Positions 11,850-24,956 are shown, numbered from the stretch's first letter. The stretch is DNA of 64,000 nt from Octopus sinensis (GCF_006345805.1 NC_042997.1:200942001-201006000); one strand, 5' to 3'. A program made the numbers and translations. The notes: generated by a model not told the origin, from the letters alone.

Positions 11850-11936
11850 TGCAGTACGATCGTTTCATGTGACTCCATTTAATTGAACAATGCAAACATT
11901 ACACCAATTTAAAATGTAGACCAATCTTCAGCTGCA
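11850..11936 (-). ncRNA. Type I hammerhead ribozyme-like motif with a long stem II
   Basis: Minus strand: tgcag CTGAAGA [~58-nt imperfect hairpin, cattt..aattg/caatt..aaatg] GAAA cgatcg TA ctgca; stem I perfect, helix III palindrome ACGATCGT. Confidence 0.7.
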
Positions 11937-12529
11937 TAAAAATATAGAATTTAGTTAAATTCGAAGGACTCATTTGTATAGTCATTCTATTAACCAAAAT
12001 CACATAGAGGATAAGTAGATAGACAAAGAACATGTTTTATCAGCAATATCACATTTGTAACTGCTTATCCCTGATTATTTCTGTTATTTAGATTTACTTG
12101 TGGTGGAAGTTTTAATTTATAGACTAGTTTATCAAATCTAATAGAAACCAGAGTGTATCCTTTATGGATAGGGCAAAATAGATAGACAATTTAAGTGGCA
12201 GAGTCATAAATCAAGATTTCTTTGAAGTAAAATCATTTGGTTCAGTAAGAATATACTTGAGACAAGATTATAGCTGCTAAATTTGCAGATTAATGTTTAT
12301 GGGACAGGGAGAGTGAAATCATATAGTAACAAACATTTACCTACTATAAAACAATGTTATTTGTATAAACACAGATGCATTTTAGAGTTATTCTAAAGAG
12401 CTCTAAGAAGAATATTTCTGAACACTTTCAGTATCAAAAAATTTTACACCATAGAGGGACAGAAAATATAGAAATAATTCCATATTTATATATTTCTATA
12501 CTGCCTTAACATATATTTATAGTTATTTG

Positions 12530-12762
12530 AAGGCGGCGAGCAGGCAGAAATGGTAGCATGCCGGGCGAAATGCGTAGCCGTATTTCGTCTGCCGTTACGT
12601 TCTGAGTTCAAATTCTGCCGAGGTTGACTTTGCCTTTCATCCTTTCGGGGTCGATAAATTAAGTACCAGTTACGCACTGGGGTCGATATAATCGACTGAA
12701 TCCCTTTGTCTGTCCTTGTTTGTCCCCTCTGTGTTTAGCCCCTTGTGGGTAGTAAAGAAATA
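12530..12762 (+). mobile_element. SINE family M monomer with TSD
   Basis: aaggcggcgagcaggcagaaa...gtaaagaaata; atatatttatagttattt on both sides. Confidence 0.9.
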
Positions 12763-13157
12763 TATATTTATAGTTATTTATTAAATGGTAATTATTGGTA
12801 TCAATATAGGAAAGTTAAGTTAAAGGATTATGTTAAAATTTATATATTAAATATTAACAATTTTAGTCTGAGCATATTTCTTCTATTATAAACAGTGAAT
12901 ATACCAGCATAGTTTTATATAAGCTGAGTATGAAATTTATAGATATATATTAAATAAAGTAATGTCGTAAATGAATAGATAAGAGACTGGTTTTAAAGTA
13001 AAATAAAGAATTAAAAAATAAAAATAATATAAAAAATATAATTCTTTGTAGAATATTATAGACAAGGGGTAAAAAGATTTATATTCCAAAAAACTATTGT
13101 AAGGTATATTTAGCTTATTTACATCAATAGGTAAAGTAATTTGTTAAAAAAAATATT

Positions 13158-13460
13158 TATAATTCCAAATGTTAGATTAAAAATTCTATTTCCTTGTCAT
13201 GAAAATATCTATAAATATCTTTAAATATCTATAAAGTATCATGTATACATAGTACTATACGTACCTTTAAATATTTTAGAAAATACCATTTTATTATTCC
13301 TGAATTTTAAAAATTCAGGAATGATAAAATGGTATATTCTAAAATATTTAAAGGTACGGGTAGTACTATGTATACATGATACTTTATAGATATTTAAAGA
13401 TATTTATAGATATTTTCATGACAAGTACATATAATTTTTAGTCTAACATTTGGAATTATA
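13158..13460. repeat. ~300-bp near-perfect palindrome
   Basis: Centre cctgaattttaaaaattcagg (~13309); arms pair out to tataattccaaatgttaga / tctaacatttggaattata. Confidence 0.9.
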
Positions 13461-13869
13461 ATTTTTTACCTCTGAGTTTTAAAAATCAATGAAAAAATAG
13501 CATTAATTTTTTAGTCAACACTAGGTGTTAATACATACACAAATTGAATAAATAATTTTTGATTTCTAAAATTATTACTTAAATCTTATATATCTATGGA
13601 AGTTACTAAGTTGTATACTTACTCCACAATAATTTTAGTGATTTAGCAATTTTCACATGTATTTCTATGATGGTTCTACTCTACCTAATCTTTTTCAATA
13701 TTCTATGAATACCTTTATACAAGCCTAGATTGTTGTACCCCATATAGCCATACTTAACTTATGATATACAATACAAGATCTTCAAAAAATATTTCTATTT
13801 TTCTTTATTTCCATTTTTCTTTGTGTTCTTTGGTTACCTCCCTTCAATTATAGTTTAAGGATTTTGGTA

Positions 13870-13923
<54 letters not shown>

Positions 13924-14043
13924 CATATATATGTATGTATATATATATGTATATATATAAAACAATACTGGGAGGATAAGAAGACGGAACGAAGCGAAAA
14001 TTCGAAAATTCAAACGAACCACGACGCGAAGCGCTGTCAGACA

Positions 14044-14714
14044 ATAGTGTAATAAATAAAATATATGCATACATACAAACATATATGTACGTACCGACAT
14101 CTACATGTATATATACATGCATATATAAATATATAGGCCTTTGTTCTGGCTGGGACGTCCTTAGTTTGTTTTTTTCGTTTGTTTTCTTGTTTATTTTGAT
14201 TTCTCGTATTGTATTTTATTTCTCGTTTTGTATTTTCTTGTACATGTATTTTTAATTTTGTATTTTTATCTTGTATTTTATTGTGCAGTTCTATTGTTAC
14301 GTCCCGTTTGTGTTACATTTTTTCGTGCTTGTTTTACCCCTCTGCGAGGTTATTTTATTTTAATTATCTCGCAGGAAGGCCTAGTATTGACGAGTCGTGT
14401 CCTGTCTTGCCTTCGAAACACGCTTAAGTCTGCTAGTGACAGCTGATGAAGGGGATTTTTCCTTGTGTAGCATGTCCTGTACCTTGTTTTTCTGTTGTAA
14501 ATAATGTTTTTCCCGTTTTCGTTCTCATCCTGTTCCAGGTCTCTGCCCTTCTTTGTAACAAAATGGCTTTTCCGTTTTCGTTTCTGTTGAGTTTTACGTC
14601 TTTTTGTGGTGTCCTGTACGTATATATATTTATATATGCATGTATATATACATGTAGATGTCGGTACGTACATATATGTTGGTATGTATGCATATATTTT
14701 ATTTATTACACTAT
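14044..14714. repeat. ~90-bp inverted repeats around a CpG-containing ~490-bp insert
   Basis: atagtgtaataaataaaatatatgcatacatac...gtaccgacatctac (14044-14135) and its reverse complement (14623-14714). Confidence 0.85.
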
Positions 14715-15212
14715 ATATATAATATATCTATATATATTTATATATATATATATATTTATATATATATTATATATGTATATGTTTGTGTATCTGTGTTTGT
14801 CCCCTTAACATTGCTTGACAATCAATGTTGGTGCGTTTACATCCCTGTAACTTAGCGGTTCAGCAAAAGAGACCAATAGAATACGTACTAGGCTTACAAA
14901 GAATAAGTTCTGGGGTCGATTTGTTCGACTAAAGGTGGAAGAATAAAAGAAAAGAAAAGAATAAAGCACTTTGTGAAATGGTGTGCGGTAGGGGTTAACT
15001 GAGCAGGGGCAACATAAGAATGAGAAGGGTTTTTAGATTTGTTGAGGGTAAGAAAACCTCTCTCAAAGATGCAGCCAGTAGACTTTGTATAAGAAAGGGC
15101 ATCCAGCGGTAGACGCCGAGTAAAAACTGAGAGACTGGATCACAATATGGTGTGCTTAGCTGCTTGATTTTGGCAAACCATCCACTTCATGCCAGCAAGG
15201 AAGATGGATGTA

Positions 15213-15214
15213 AA

Positions 15215-15259
<45 letters not shown>

Positions 15260-15265
15260 GTGGTG

Positions 15266-15297
<32 letters not shown>

Positions 15298-15535
15298 GAT
15301 GGCGATGATGATGGCGGTGGTGGTAGTGATGATGATGATGATGATGGTGGTGGTGATGATGATGATGGTGATGATGATGATGATGGCGATGATGATGATG
15401 ATGGTGATGGTGGTGGTGGTAGTGATGATGATGATAATGAAGATGATGATGATGATAATGCTGATGATAATGATGATGCTGGTGATGATGATGATGATGA
15501 TAATAACAAGGAGGAGATGGAGGAAGAAGATGATT
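15213..15535. repeat. (GAT/GGT)n microsatellite following a degenerate RTE tail
   Basis: Directly visible; the poly-His and poly-Met ORFs here are artefacts. Confidence 0.95.
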
Positions 15536-15861
15536 TAAGGCTTTAGAAAATCCATACCAGCGCTTAAGCATTTTGCAAAAAATATGTTATTCAATAATTC
15601 TGTTATCCACAAATATGATTAATGTAACAAGATAAGCCATAATTTTCTAATATATTTTTTTTTCTAAATTTTTAACTTTAAAATTTTTCTTTTTAATTTG
15701 TCATGCAGAGTTTGCCAGCAAATTTTTGCTTCATTTCCAGTGTGTCATAAAGTAAAAAAAAACAAAAAAGATATCAGAAACCACTTGACTAGACTACATA
15801 TAATCATCATTACAGATATTAATTACATACAATCATCATTATGTACATTATCTTCCAGATT

Positions 15862-16255
15862 ATAATTCTTTCTGCTATTGGTACAAGGCCCGAAATTTGT
15901 GGTGAGTGGAATAGTCGATTAGATCGACCCCCAGTACGCAACTGATACTTAATTTATTGACCCCGAAAGGACGAAAGGCAAAGTCGACCTCGGTGGAACT
16001 TGAACTTAGAACGTAGCGGCAGACAAAATCTTCTAAATTATAATTCTTTTCTACTCTAGGCACAAGGCCTGAAATTTTTGGGGAGGGGGCTAGTTGATTA
16101 GATCGACCCCGGTACACAACTAGTACTTAATTTATTGACCCCAAAAGGACAAAAGGAAAAGTTGACCACGGCGGAATTTGAACTCAGAACATAAAGACAG
16201 ACAAAATACTGCTAAGCATTTCACCTGGCATGCTAACATTTCTGCTAGTTTGCTG
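15862..16255 (-). mobile_element. Dimer of an M-related SINE subfamily with a different 3' end
   Basis: Two units ataattcttt...acaaggcc(c/t)gaaattt...gatcgacccc...gaact(t/c)agaac. Confidence 0.7.
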
Positions 16256-16736
16256 ATTTTGAAGCCCTTCTTATTGTCACCCCCTTTACAGAGTGTACTG
16301 GATATTTTGACTCATACCCCCAGAACCAGAGAAGCCACCAAGTAACTTGCAAGACAAGACCCCCTCAACTGAGTGGGGGAGGTCTAAGTTAAATGCATCA
16401 AAAAAGGGTTGGTTTACCTGGATATTTGAATACTGAACAATCGTTCTACTTTTGTGCAGGTTGATATTTTCTCTTGTTTTACTTAACTGCATTCCCAGAA
16501 GCCATTGCAGAGTTTCTAAAAAAAACAACAAATTATTTAATTCAAACCACAATTTAGATACATTCTGTTTTATATTTTCCAACGTGGCTGTGTGGTAAGA
16601 AGTTTGTTTAGCAACCACATGGTTCCAGGTTCAATTCTATTGTGTGGCACCTTGGGAAAGTGTCCTCTTCTATAACCTCAGGCTGTCCCAAGACTTGTGA
16701 GTGGATTTGGTTGGCAGAAATTGAAAGAAACTGAAA

Positions 16737-16968
16737 AGGTGGTGAGCAGGCAGAAACGTTAGCATGCCAGGCGAAATGTTTAGCAGTATTTCATCTACCG
16801 TTACATTCTGAGTTCAAATTCCGCCGAGGTCGACTTTGCTTTTCATACATTTGGGGTCGATAAATTAAGTACCAGTTACACACTGGGGTCGATGTAATTG
16901 ACTTAATCCATTTGTCTGTCCTTGTTTGTCTCTTCTGTGTTTAGCCCCTTGTGGGTAATAAAGAAATA
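16737..16968 (+). mobile_element. SINE family M monomer
   Basis: Matches 12530-12762; further copies at 17865-18100 (+), 41269-41500 (+), 10120-10328 (-) and 49255-49410 (-). Confidence 0.85.
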
Positions 16969-16994
16969 AGAAACTGAAAGTTATATATATCATC

Positions 16995-17165
16995 ATCCTC
17001 ATCATCAACACATCTCCGTTCAAGCAACTCAACAATCTCGCCAGACTTACCTTTCAGTGTGCCAACCTTGAGGGTGTGGGAGGTATAAGCCCTAGGCACC
17101 TTGGGACGGGGGACAGTAGCTTCATGTAGCTGAAAAGAAAACTCGCGTTTGGCAGGATTCATAGA
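16995..17165 (-). mobile_element. RTE apurinic endonuclease N-terminal fragment
   Basis: HTLKVGTLKGKSGEIVELLERRCVD resembles the start of the RTE APE domain. Confidence 0.6.
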
Positions 17166-17683
17166 CAAACAATAGACTCAAGTTCAAACCGCATACACTA
17201 CACTATCATATTTTGCAATGTATGATCACTACCTTTTATGGCAGGGGGTGGGGGTGGCATAAGACTTTTGAAGTGTACATGGGAGACAACCAAGGATGAC
17301 AAAATTTGGGACTTCCTGTAAAGGTGGAGGGGTGTGAGGGTGGAGGAGGGGAGGGGGAGGGTGGGTTGATGGCTGGGGTGTAGGGGTGGGAGGGTGTGTG
17401 TGTGGGGGTGGGGTGCACCGTGAAAACTAGCAGCCATGAAGGGGTGCCTCTCATCTCTTGGAAAAGGAATACTTAGTAGTAGGTATAAGAGACCTAATTG
17501 AGAGAGAGATATGTTGCAGATTTAGGGAAGATGCATGAGCTAAATATATATATATATACTCTTTTACTTGTTTCAGTCATTTGACTCTGGCCATGCTGGA
17601 GCACTGCCTTTTGTTGAGCAAATCGAACCCAGGACTTATTCTTTCTAAGCCTAGTACTTATTCTTTCGGTCTCTTTTGCCAAA

Positions 17684-17718
<35 letters not shown>

Positions 17719-18813
17719 TGTGTGTGTGTGTGTGTGTGCACACATGCATGTATGTCTTTGTGTCTATGTTTGTCACCTACCACCACTTCACAACCAGTGT
17801 TGGTGTGTTTATGTCCCTATAGCTTAGCAGTTCAGCAACACAGACTGATAGAATAAGTACCAAAAGGTGGCGAGCTGGCAGAAACATTAACATACTGGGT
17901 GAAATGCTTAGCGGTATTTCATCTGCCGCTATGTTCTGAGTTCAAATTCCGCCGAGGTCAACTTTGCCTTTCATCCTTTCGAGGTCAATTAAATAAGTAC
18001 CAGTTATACACTGGGGTTGATATAATCGACTTAATCCATTTGTTTGTCCTTGTTTGTCCCCCCTGTGTGTAGCCCCTTGTGGGCAGTAAAGAAATAAGAA
18101 ATAAGAGTAAGTACCAAACTTAAGAAAAATAAGTACAGGGAGTTGAAATGTACTTGATTTTGTTTCCCAACCACAGGGTTCTGGGTTCAGGTCCACTGTG
18201 TGGTATCTTGGGCAAGTGTCTTCTGCAATAACCTTGGGTTGATGAAGACCTTGTGAATGGGTTTGGAAGGCAGAACCCCTCACTCTCAGCTTGATGGCTG
18301 GTATTGGTATGTTAAATCCCTATAACTTAGCGGTTTAGCAAAAGAGATCAATAAAATAAGTACTAAGCTTCAAAAATAATAAGTATGGGAGTTGATTCAT
18401 TTAAAAAAAAATTCTTCAAGTCAGTGCCCCAGCATGGCCACAGTCTAAAGACTGAATCATGAAAGATAAAATAAGATGCAATAGGATAATATTTTCCTCG
18501 TTAATTGCAACTCAAGTTAGAAAAACAACTTATGGTTTGTTATATGTACACCTGTCTAAATAACTTTTCTGTACTCTAGAAGCATCGAATTTTGAGAAGA
18601 AAAATTATCATATGGTAACACACAATCAGTGAATCGTATAAATAAATATTATGATTGTGTGGAAACTGTCTGAATCAATATTTCCAAACTCATTACAAAT
18701 CTAGTGAATTAGTTAACTGATAAGCAGAGATGAAAGGAAGAGCTTATGTGGATATTATGAATTATGATAAGGTAAAAGAACTGTATTGAAATGTCATAAA
18801 AATCATGGCTTAA

Positions 18814-19216
18814 TCTTTATATATAAAACTGAAGTTGTGTGGTGTCTGTCTCCTACGATTTAGATTCCTAACTACTCCCACATTTTTTGGTGCAGTTTAA
18901 TCAAAAGCGGGTATCTTATAGTCGTGATTCATATCGAGCCCTTCTGGGTATTAGCGCGCGTCTACGATGAGTCTACGATTTAAAAAAAAATTTACCATAA
19001 TTTTTTTCCATTTTAATGCATTTTTTTTGCTATTACATAAGGGAAGTAACTCTCTAAAAATGTCTACGATGAGTCTACGATTTAAAAAAAAAATTTACCA
19101 TCATTTTTTCCATTTTAATGCATTTTTTGGCTATTATATAAGGGAAGTAACTCTCTAAAAATGCTTATACAGTTATTTCCCTTACAAACCTGAGCAACGC
19201 CGGGCGATACTGCTAG
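18814..19216 (+). mobile_element. Non-autonomous Helitron
   Basis: 5' A|TCtttatatataaa; subterminal hairpin cctgagcaacgccggg; 3' CTAG|T; internal ~83-bp duplication; shares its 3' end with 38744-39016. Confidence 0.8.
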
Positions 19217-19705
19217 TTACAAATAAAAAAAATACCTTGGTTTCATCAAACTCCAAACCAGAAGCTGAGTGAAATTCTTTGTGTTTCGTACTGCCAGCAA
19301 AAGCTTTGTTTTGGTTTAACCCTTTTATCAGAGTAAAGATTGTTTGCTAACATAACATGGCAGTCCTGGTTTAGGACTAATGTTGCTGTAATTTAGCCCT
19401 AGGGGACATCGTCTCCAGCGGGCTATATTGCAGCTCAAAACAATATCTATATTGCAATTTCCGGGTTATTTTCCTTCATCTGCACAGAATAATTGTTTTG
19501 AGCTGAGTAGGGCTGCTAGATTCCCTTGTTCGAAAATATAAGGACACAGATCACGTAAAAGATAAAAGATATACTGGGGTTGAATTGCTCAACTAAAAAC
19601 ATTCAAGGTGGTGCTCCAGCATGGCCTTCTTCAACAGTTATGATAGGATTTTGTTCCATCAGGGTTTGTAGGACATCCTTGTGGAGCTCTGCAGATCCTC
19701 CAGGA

Positions 19706-19895
19706 AAAGGCATTGTTGCCTTTGTTGAAAGCAAAATATGCCAAATATGCTCCTTTGTCACTTCCATTATAGCTTTGAAAAAAATCACTGTTAAAATCGA
19801 ACTGCACTCTTCAAAACTTGCACTAAGAATAAGGACAAGGTATAATTACAACCTGCTTTAATAGCAAATTGATGCAGGTAGTTTATCCTGTCCCC
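19706..19895 (-). mobile_element. mariner 5' fragment (same family as 50886-52497)
   Basis: MEVTKEHIWHILL; DNA nearly identical to 52275-52440. Confidence 0.8.
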
Positions 19896-21502
19896 ACATT
19901 AATTATTAGATGGGCATGATGTGAGACTCGTGGCTCAGTGGTTAGGGTATTTGATGCACAATCATAAGGTCATGAGTTCAATTCCTGGTGACATGCTGTG
20001 TCATTGAGCAATACACTTTATTTCACATTACTTCACTCAGCTGGCAAAAATGAACAGTATCTGTATTTCAAAGGGCCAGCCTTTGTCACATTTTGTTTCA
20101 TATCGAATCCCTCTTAGAACTGTATTAAGGGCATGCATGTCTATGGAGTGATTGGCCACTTGCTCATAATTTCATGAGAGGGCTGTCCCTTTCATCGGGT
20201 CAACTAGAACCCTAGTCATCTTAACCAACAGAGTGCAAGTTATATGGCAGACATTTACGCCTGTCAAACGCTATGTATCTAATAAATTTATTTAATTTAC
20301 AAACACAGTGAGAGTGAAAATCTTTGGATATATCCCATACTAAATTTTAATCTGAAAATTAAAAACTGCTGACACAGTAATTTGTGTAGCGAAATAATTC
20401 TATTCTGCAATTATTCAAATTCGAGATTCGAAATTCTAAAAATGGAAAAAGTTACATCAGAAACAGAGAAAATGTTTTCGAACTTAGAGCAGTCCTATTA
20501 ATCATATTAGTCGTTTGTCGAATGCGATACTTTTAGCTGAATTTATCTCAATCTATAAGCAACATCAATCATATCTGACTGGTAAATATTTTAGATTGAT
20601 TACGACATTAACTTCTTTAATAATATGAACAGAAGTAACTTGAAAGAAAGAGAGGAAGACCAAGGAAGACTTAGGCAGAAATGATGAAAGCTCATCTCAG
20701 CATAGAGAATCTGGTGAAGGAGACAACAAAAGGACTGACAAGAAGTTGAGATGTGTTGGGAAAAAATCCTGTTGAAGTCATGCAATACCTGGAGAAGAAA
20801 AAAACAGTCTGTAAATGGTATGATGATGGTAATATTTCAGTGTACAGCATCATCATCGTTGTCATCATCATTGTCGTCACCACTACCACCACTACCACCA
20901 CCACCACACATAATTATTTTCAGACCACATGTATATATATATATATATATATGTTTCACAATTCCATGAGAATTAGCCCAAGAGAAGCTAAATAATTCTT
21001 TTGCATTCACTACTACAATCGTGTTAAACATATCAATTGTTTATTGTTCAGTTCTACAAGACTCAGATTTCTACCACACCCTCCTCCTTCCCTTCCCCCC
21101 CTCCTCCTCCTCCTCGTCATCATCATCATCATCATCTTATTGCTGCTTTCCATACCAGCATGGTTTTAACATGTTATCTCTGTTAAATTTGATTCTAACG
21201 TGGAGCTTTTGATTTCCTTAATAGATTAAAGAATGTCTTGTTTGTATGTTTCTGTCTTTTATGCATTAGTTTCTACAGCTCTAGGCCCTTAGTGTCACCG
21301 ACCACTTTTACAAAATATACTGGGTGCATTTTAGCATAGCACCAGCACCAGTGAAGTGGCCTTGTTTCTTGTTAGCCTCAATTCTATGATGTGTTTGTGT
21401 GCACAAGCCAAGTGACCAAGCAGATGGACAGAAGAAAGAATGATGCAAAAGGAACCAGAACAGATAAGTATCATAGCAAAAACATGGACAATGATAAAAC
21501 GG

Positions 21503-21942
21503 AATTACTATTTTTAAATCTTACAATGAGAGATATTCAGCAACAGTAATTTGGAGTAAAGATTGCCAACATAACATGGCAGTCCTGGTTTAGGACGAAT
21601 GGTGCTGTAATTTAACCCCAGGAGACATCATCTCCAGCTGGCTTTACGACATGATCTGTGTCTTTGTATTTTCAAATGAGGGAATCTGGCACCCCCACTC
21701 AGCTCAAAACAATATCTGTGTATCACGATTTCTGAGGATGCTAGATTCCCTTGTTCGAAAAAAAAAAAAATTATAAGGACACAGATCGTGCCATTATAGC
21801 GAGCTGGAAACGATGTCTCCTGGGGCTAAATTACAGTAACATTCGTCCTAAACCAGGACTGCCATGTTATGTTGGCAAATAATCTTTACTACAAAGTGCT
21901 GTTGCTGAATATCTCTTGTTATGAGATTTACAAATAGTAATT
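21503..21942. mobile_element. Fold-back/MITE-like element with ~190-bp inverted arms
   Basis: ccaacataacatggcagtcctggtttaggacgaatg and its reverse complement at ~21840-21876; partial copy at 19331-19555. Confidence 0.8.
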
Positions 21943-24154
21943 TTCTAATCAATAGTACCTGTAAAAATTGCTCGTTTGCTGAAGACAGAATCTGCATAAA
22001 ATCACATGATATTAATAGTAAATAAAACAAGTGTACAACATGGAGATTTTTTAACCTCTTTGATTTAATTTTTGTTTGTTTCTTTCTTATCTTTAGAAAT
22101 TGTGAGACAAATTTATGCAAAATCAAAGCAGTTTGTATTAATTAGTTGATAGTACACTCTGTCAAAAGGATTTTGAATATGTGAAGAACTTCATATATTC
22201 AATCAAATTTTATTACACACTGTTTCAAAACACAAGGAAATCAATGAGAATTATAAAAGATGAAAAGTAACTTAACATTTTTTTTCTGTGTTAGTGATTT
22301 TCTGTTGCTATGAACAAAATGTTTGCAAAATCTGATATTCAAACATTAGTGATTTGTTGGTTAATATATGAATTTAAGTTCTCCAATTATTAGATAAGAG
22401 ATAATGCAAAGGCAAGAAGAAAAATGTCTGCTTCAGGGGAGGCAAGAGTTTGGGTGTTTCAGGGGAGGTAAAAGGTTTGGTGGGAACAAATAATTGCAAT
22501 ATGTAATAGAATGAACTGAAAACTTAGTTTAATTTAGTTCAAAGAAACAGAAATTTAGTTTAAATATTAAAAAAAAATCTGCAATCATTGATTAAAACAA
22601 TGAAAATTGCTTAAAGCATGGTCAATTTCAAATCAAAATTACACAGGTGTGTTATCTCATGATGTGTGTATGATAAATTATCTATACAAATTATGGAATT
22701 TCTTCAATGGAAATGAATTAAGCAGACAGATTCATAAATTTAACACTGGAATGCACACCTTGTGTAACTAGAAAATAAAGAAATGCTGTCAGAGATTAAG
22801 AGAAATGATTATTCACCATTATTTATCTTCTGCTGGCTTTTTCTCACAATTGCTTGTAAATTATGAGCAGCCACGTAAGTCCCACCACAAAAATCTGCTC
22901 TGCCCATCTCATTTCTGTCATCCCTCAGCATTTATCTCCTTGCACAAACCTGAAGCTCCTCCTTCTTGGGTTTTGTTCTCTTGCAAGGTCCCTATGGTTG
23001 TCTCACTACTGTTAGTGGCATAGAAAAAAAAAAAAACACCTGGTACACACTGTAAAGTGGTTTGTGTTAGGAAGGGCATCCAATCGTTGAAGCCATTCCG
23101 GAGCAGACACTGGAGCATGATGGAGTTTTTGCACATGTTGTATTCACTCAACCCATCCAAGCCATGCCAGCAGGGAACACCAGCACTTACGGATGATGGT
23201 GGTGGTGGTGATGGTGATGATGATGATGATGACGATGACGGAAGGGTGGCGACGACTACGACAATGATGATGGTGGTGATGATGGCGATGATGACAATGA
23301 TGATGACAGTGGTGGTGTTGGTGTTGTTGGTGGGGGTAGGGGTGGTGGTGGTAATGATGATGATGATTATGGTGATGATGATGATGATGATGGGAGGGTG
23401 GCAATGACTACAACAATGATGATGGTGGTGGCGGTGGCGGCTGTGGTGGTGATGACGAAGACGATGACAATGACGATGACGGTGGTAGTGGTGGTGGTAG
23501 TGGTGGTGGAAGTGGTGGTGATCATGATGATGGCAATGCTGCTGTCGCTAAGGAGGAGAAGGAAGAAGGGAGGAGGAGGAGGAGGAGGACTGAGTCTTGT
23601 AGAACTAAAGAATGAGCAACTAATATGATTCACATGACTGTAGTAGTGAATGCAGAAGAATTTTTTTTGGTCTTCTCTGGGGATAATTCTCATGGAATTC
23701 CGAAACATTTATACATATGGTTGGAAGATAATTATACAGAACTTCAGTGTTTATCACCATGGAGAGTATGAGGAACGGTGTTACTGAAGAGATTTCTATG
23801 TTATAAATTCACTATAAACCAGCAGGACTTTACTTGTTAACAAATCTGTGTGTGTGTGTGTGTGTATGTGTGTGGTTTGTGTGTTTATCTATCTATCTAT
23901 CTGTCTGTCTGTCTGCCTATCTATCTATCTATCTATATACATATGCATATATACATATATATATATATGTATATATGTATGTATATATATGTATATATAT
24001 ATGTATATATGTATATATATATACATACATATATATGTATATATACTATATATATGTATGTATATATACATATATATATGTATGTATATATACATATATA
24101 TATGTATGTATGTATATGATGATGATGATGATATATATATATATATAGAGAGAG

Positions 24155-24193
<39 letters not shown>

Positions 24194-24727
24194 CAGATAG
24201 ATAGATAGATATAAATATGTATATATACATATATATGTATATATGCATATATATATGTGTGTGTGTGTGTATGTATATATTATACATATCATTATAATCA
24301 TCATAAATACACACACGCACACACACGCATAAATATAAATATATGTGTATATATAGCTTCAACATTTATTCTGTTCGGAATTGACAAAAATAAATAACTA
24401 ATCTTATTTGATTTGTGGCAAGCAGAGAATTTTGATAATCTATAACTTAATGTGTTTCTATAAACTAACCAGAATATGTGTATGCTGTGTCGGAGGGTTA
24501 GACTGGTGGTGACTCTGCTTCTACTTCTCTGACAAAAGCCTCATCTTCTACCACACCAATTCCTCCTTCAATCAATAAATTTCCAAAACTTATTCAAAAT
24601 ATTTTTCTGTTTCACTAAATCATGGGCCTTGGGCTGGAGATATCTAAAAATTTCCCTATTTCCAACCAAAATCTCCACAAGTCACTAAAGCTATTTTTAT
24701 TCTCTCTCTGTTTATTTCCTTGTGTTC

Positions 24728-24763
24728 CATTCTGTTGAAGAGCGTAGGCTCGAAACGTAAAGG
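24728..24763 (+). ncRNA. Family X hammerhead-like motif with A6U core
   Basis: catt CTGTTGA a gagc-gtag-gctc GAAA cgTA aagg. Confidence 0.6.
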
Positions 24764-24956
24764 ACTTTCTCACCTTCCCAAGCATTAAACTAATACACCT
24801 GTTTGTTGATTACACACCCAGCTGTAGAAATATTGCCTGATCAGACTGGAGCAGCCTCCTGGCTTGCCAGTTCGAACTAAACCATCCAACCTATGCCAGC
24901 ATGGAAAGCGGATGTTAAATGATGATGATAAAGATGATATATATATATAATTTTAA

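Noticed and set aside
15140-15571. Poly-His/Met/Ser ORFs
   Set aside because: (GAT)n repeat; the same applies to 23057-23708.
17235-17415. G-rich tract with G-quadruplex potential; also 4290-4650
   Set aside because: Low-complexity sequence with no evidence of function.
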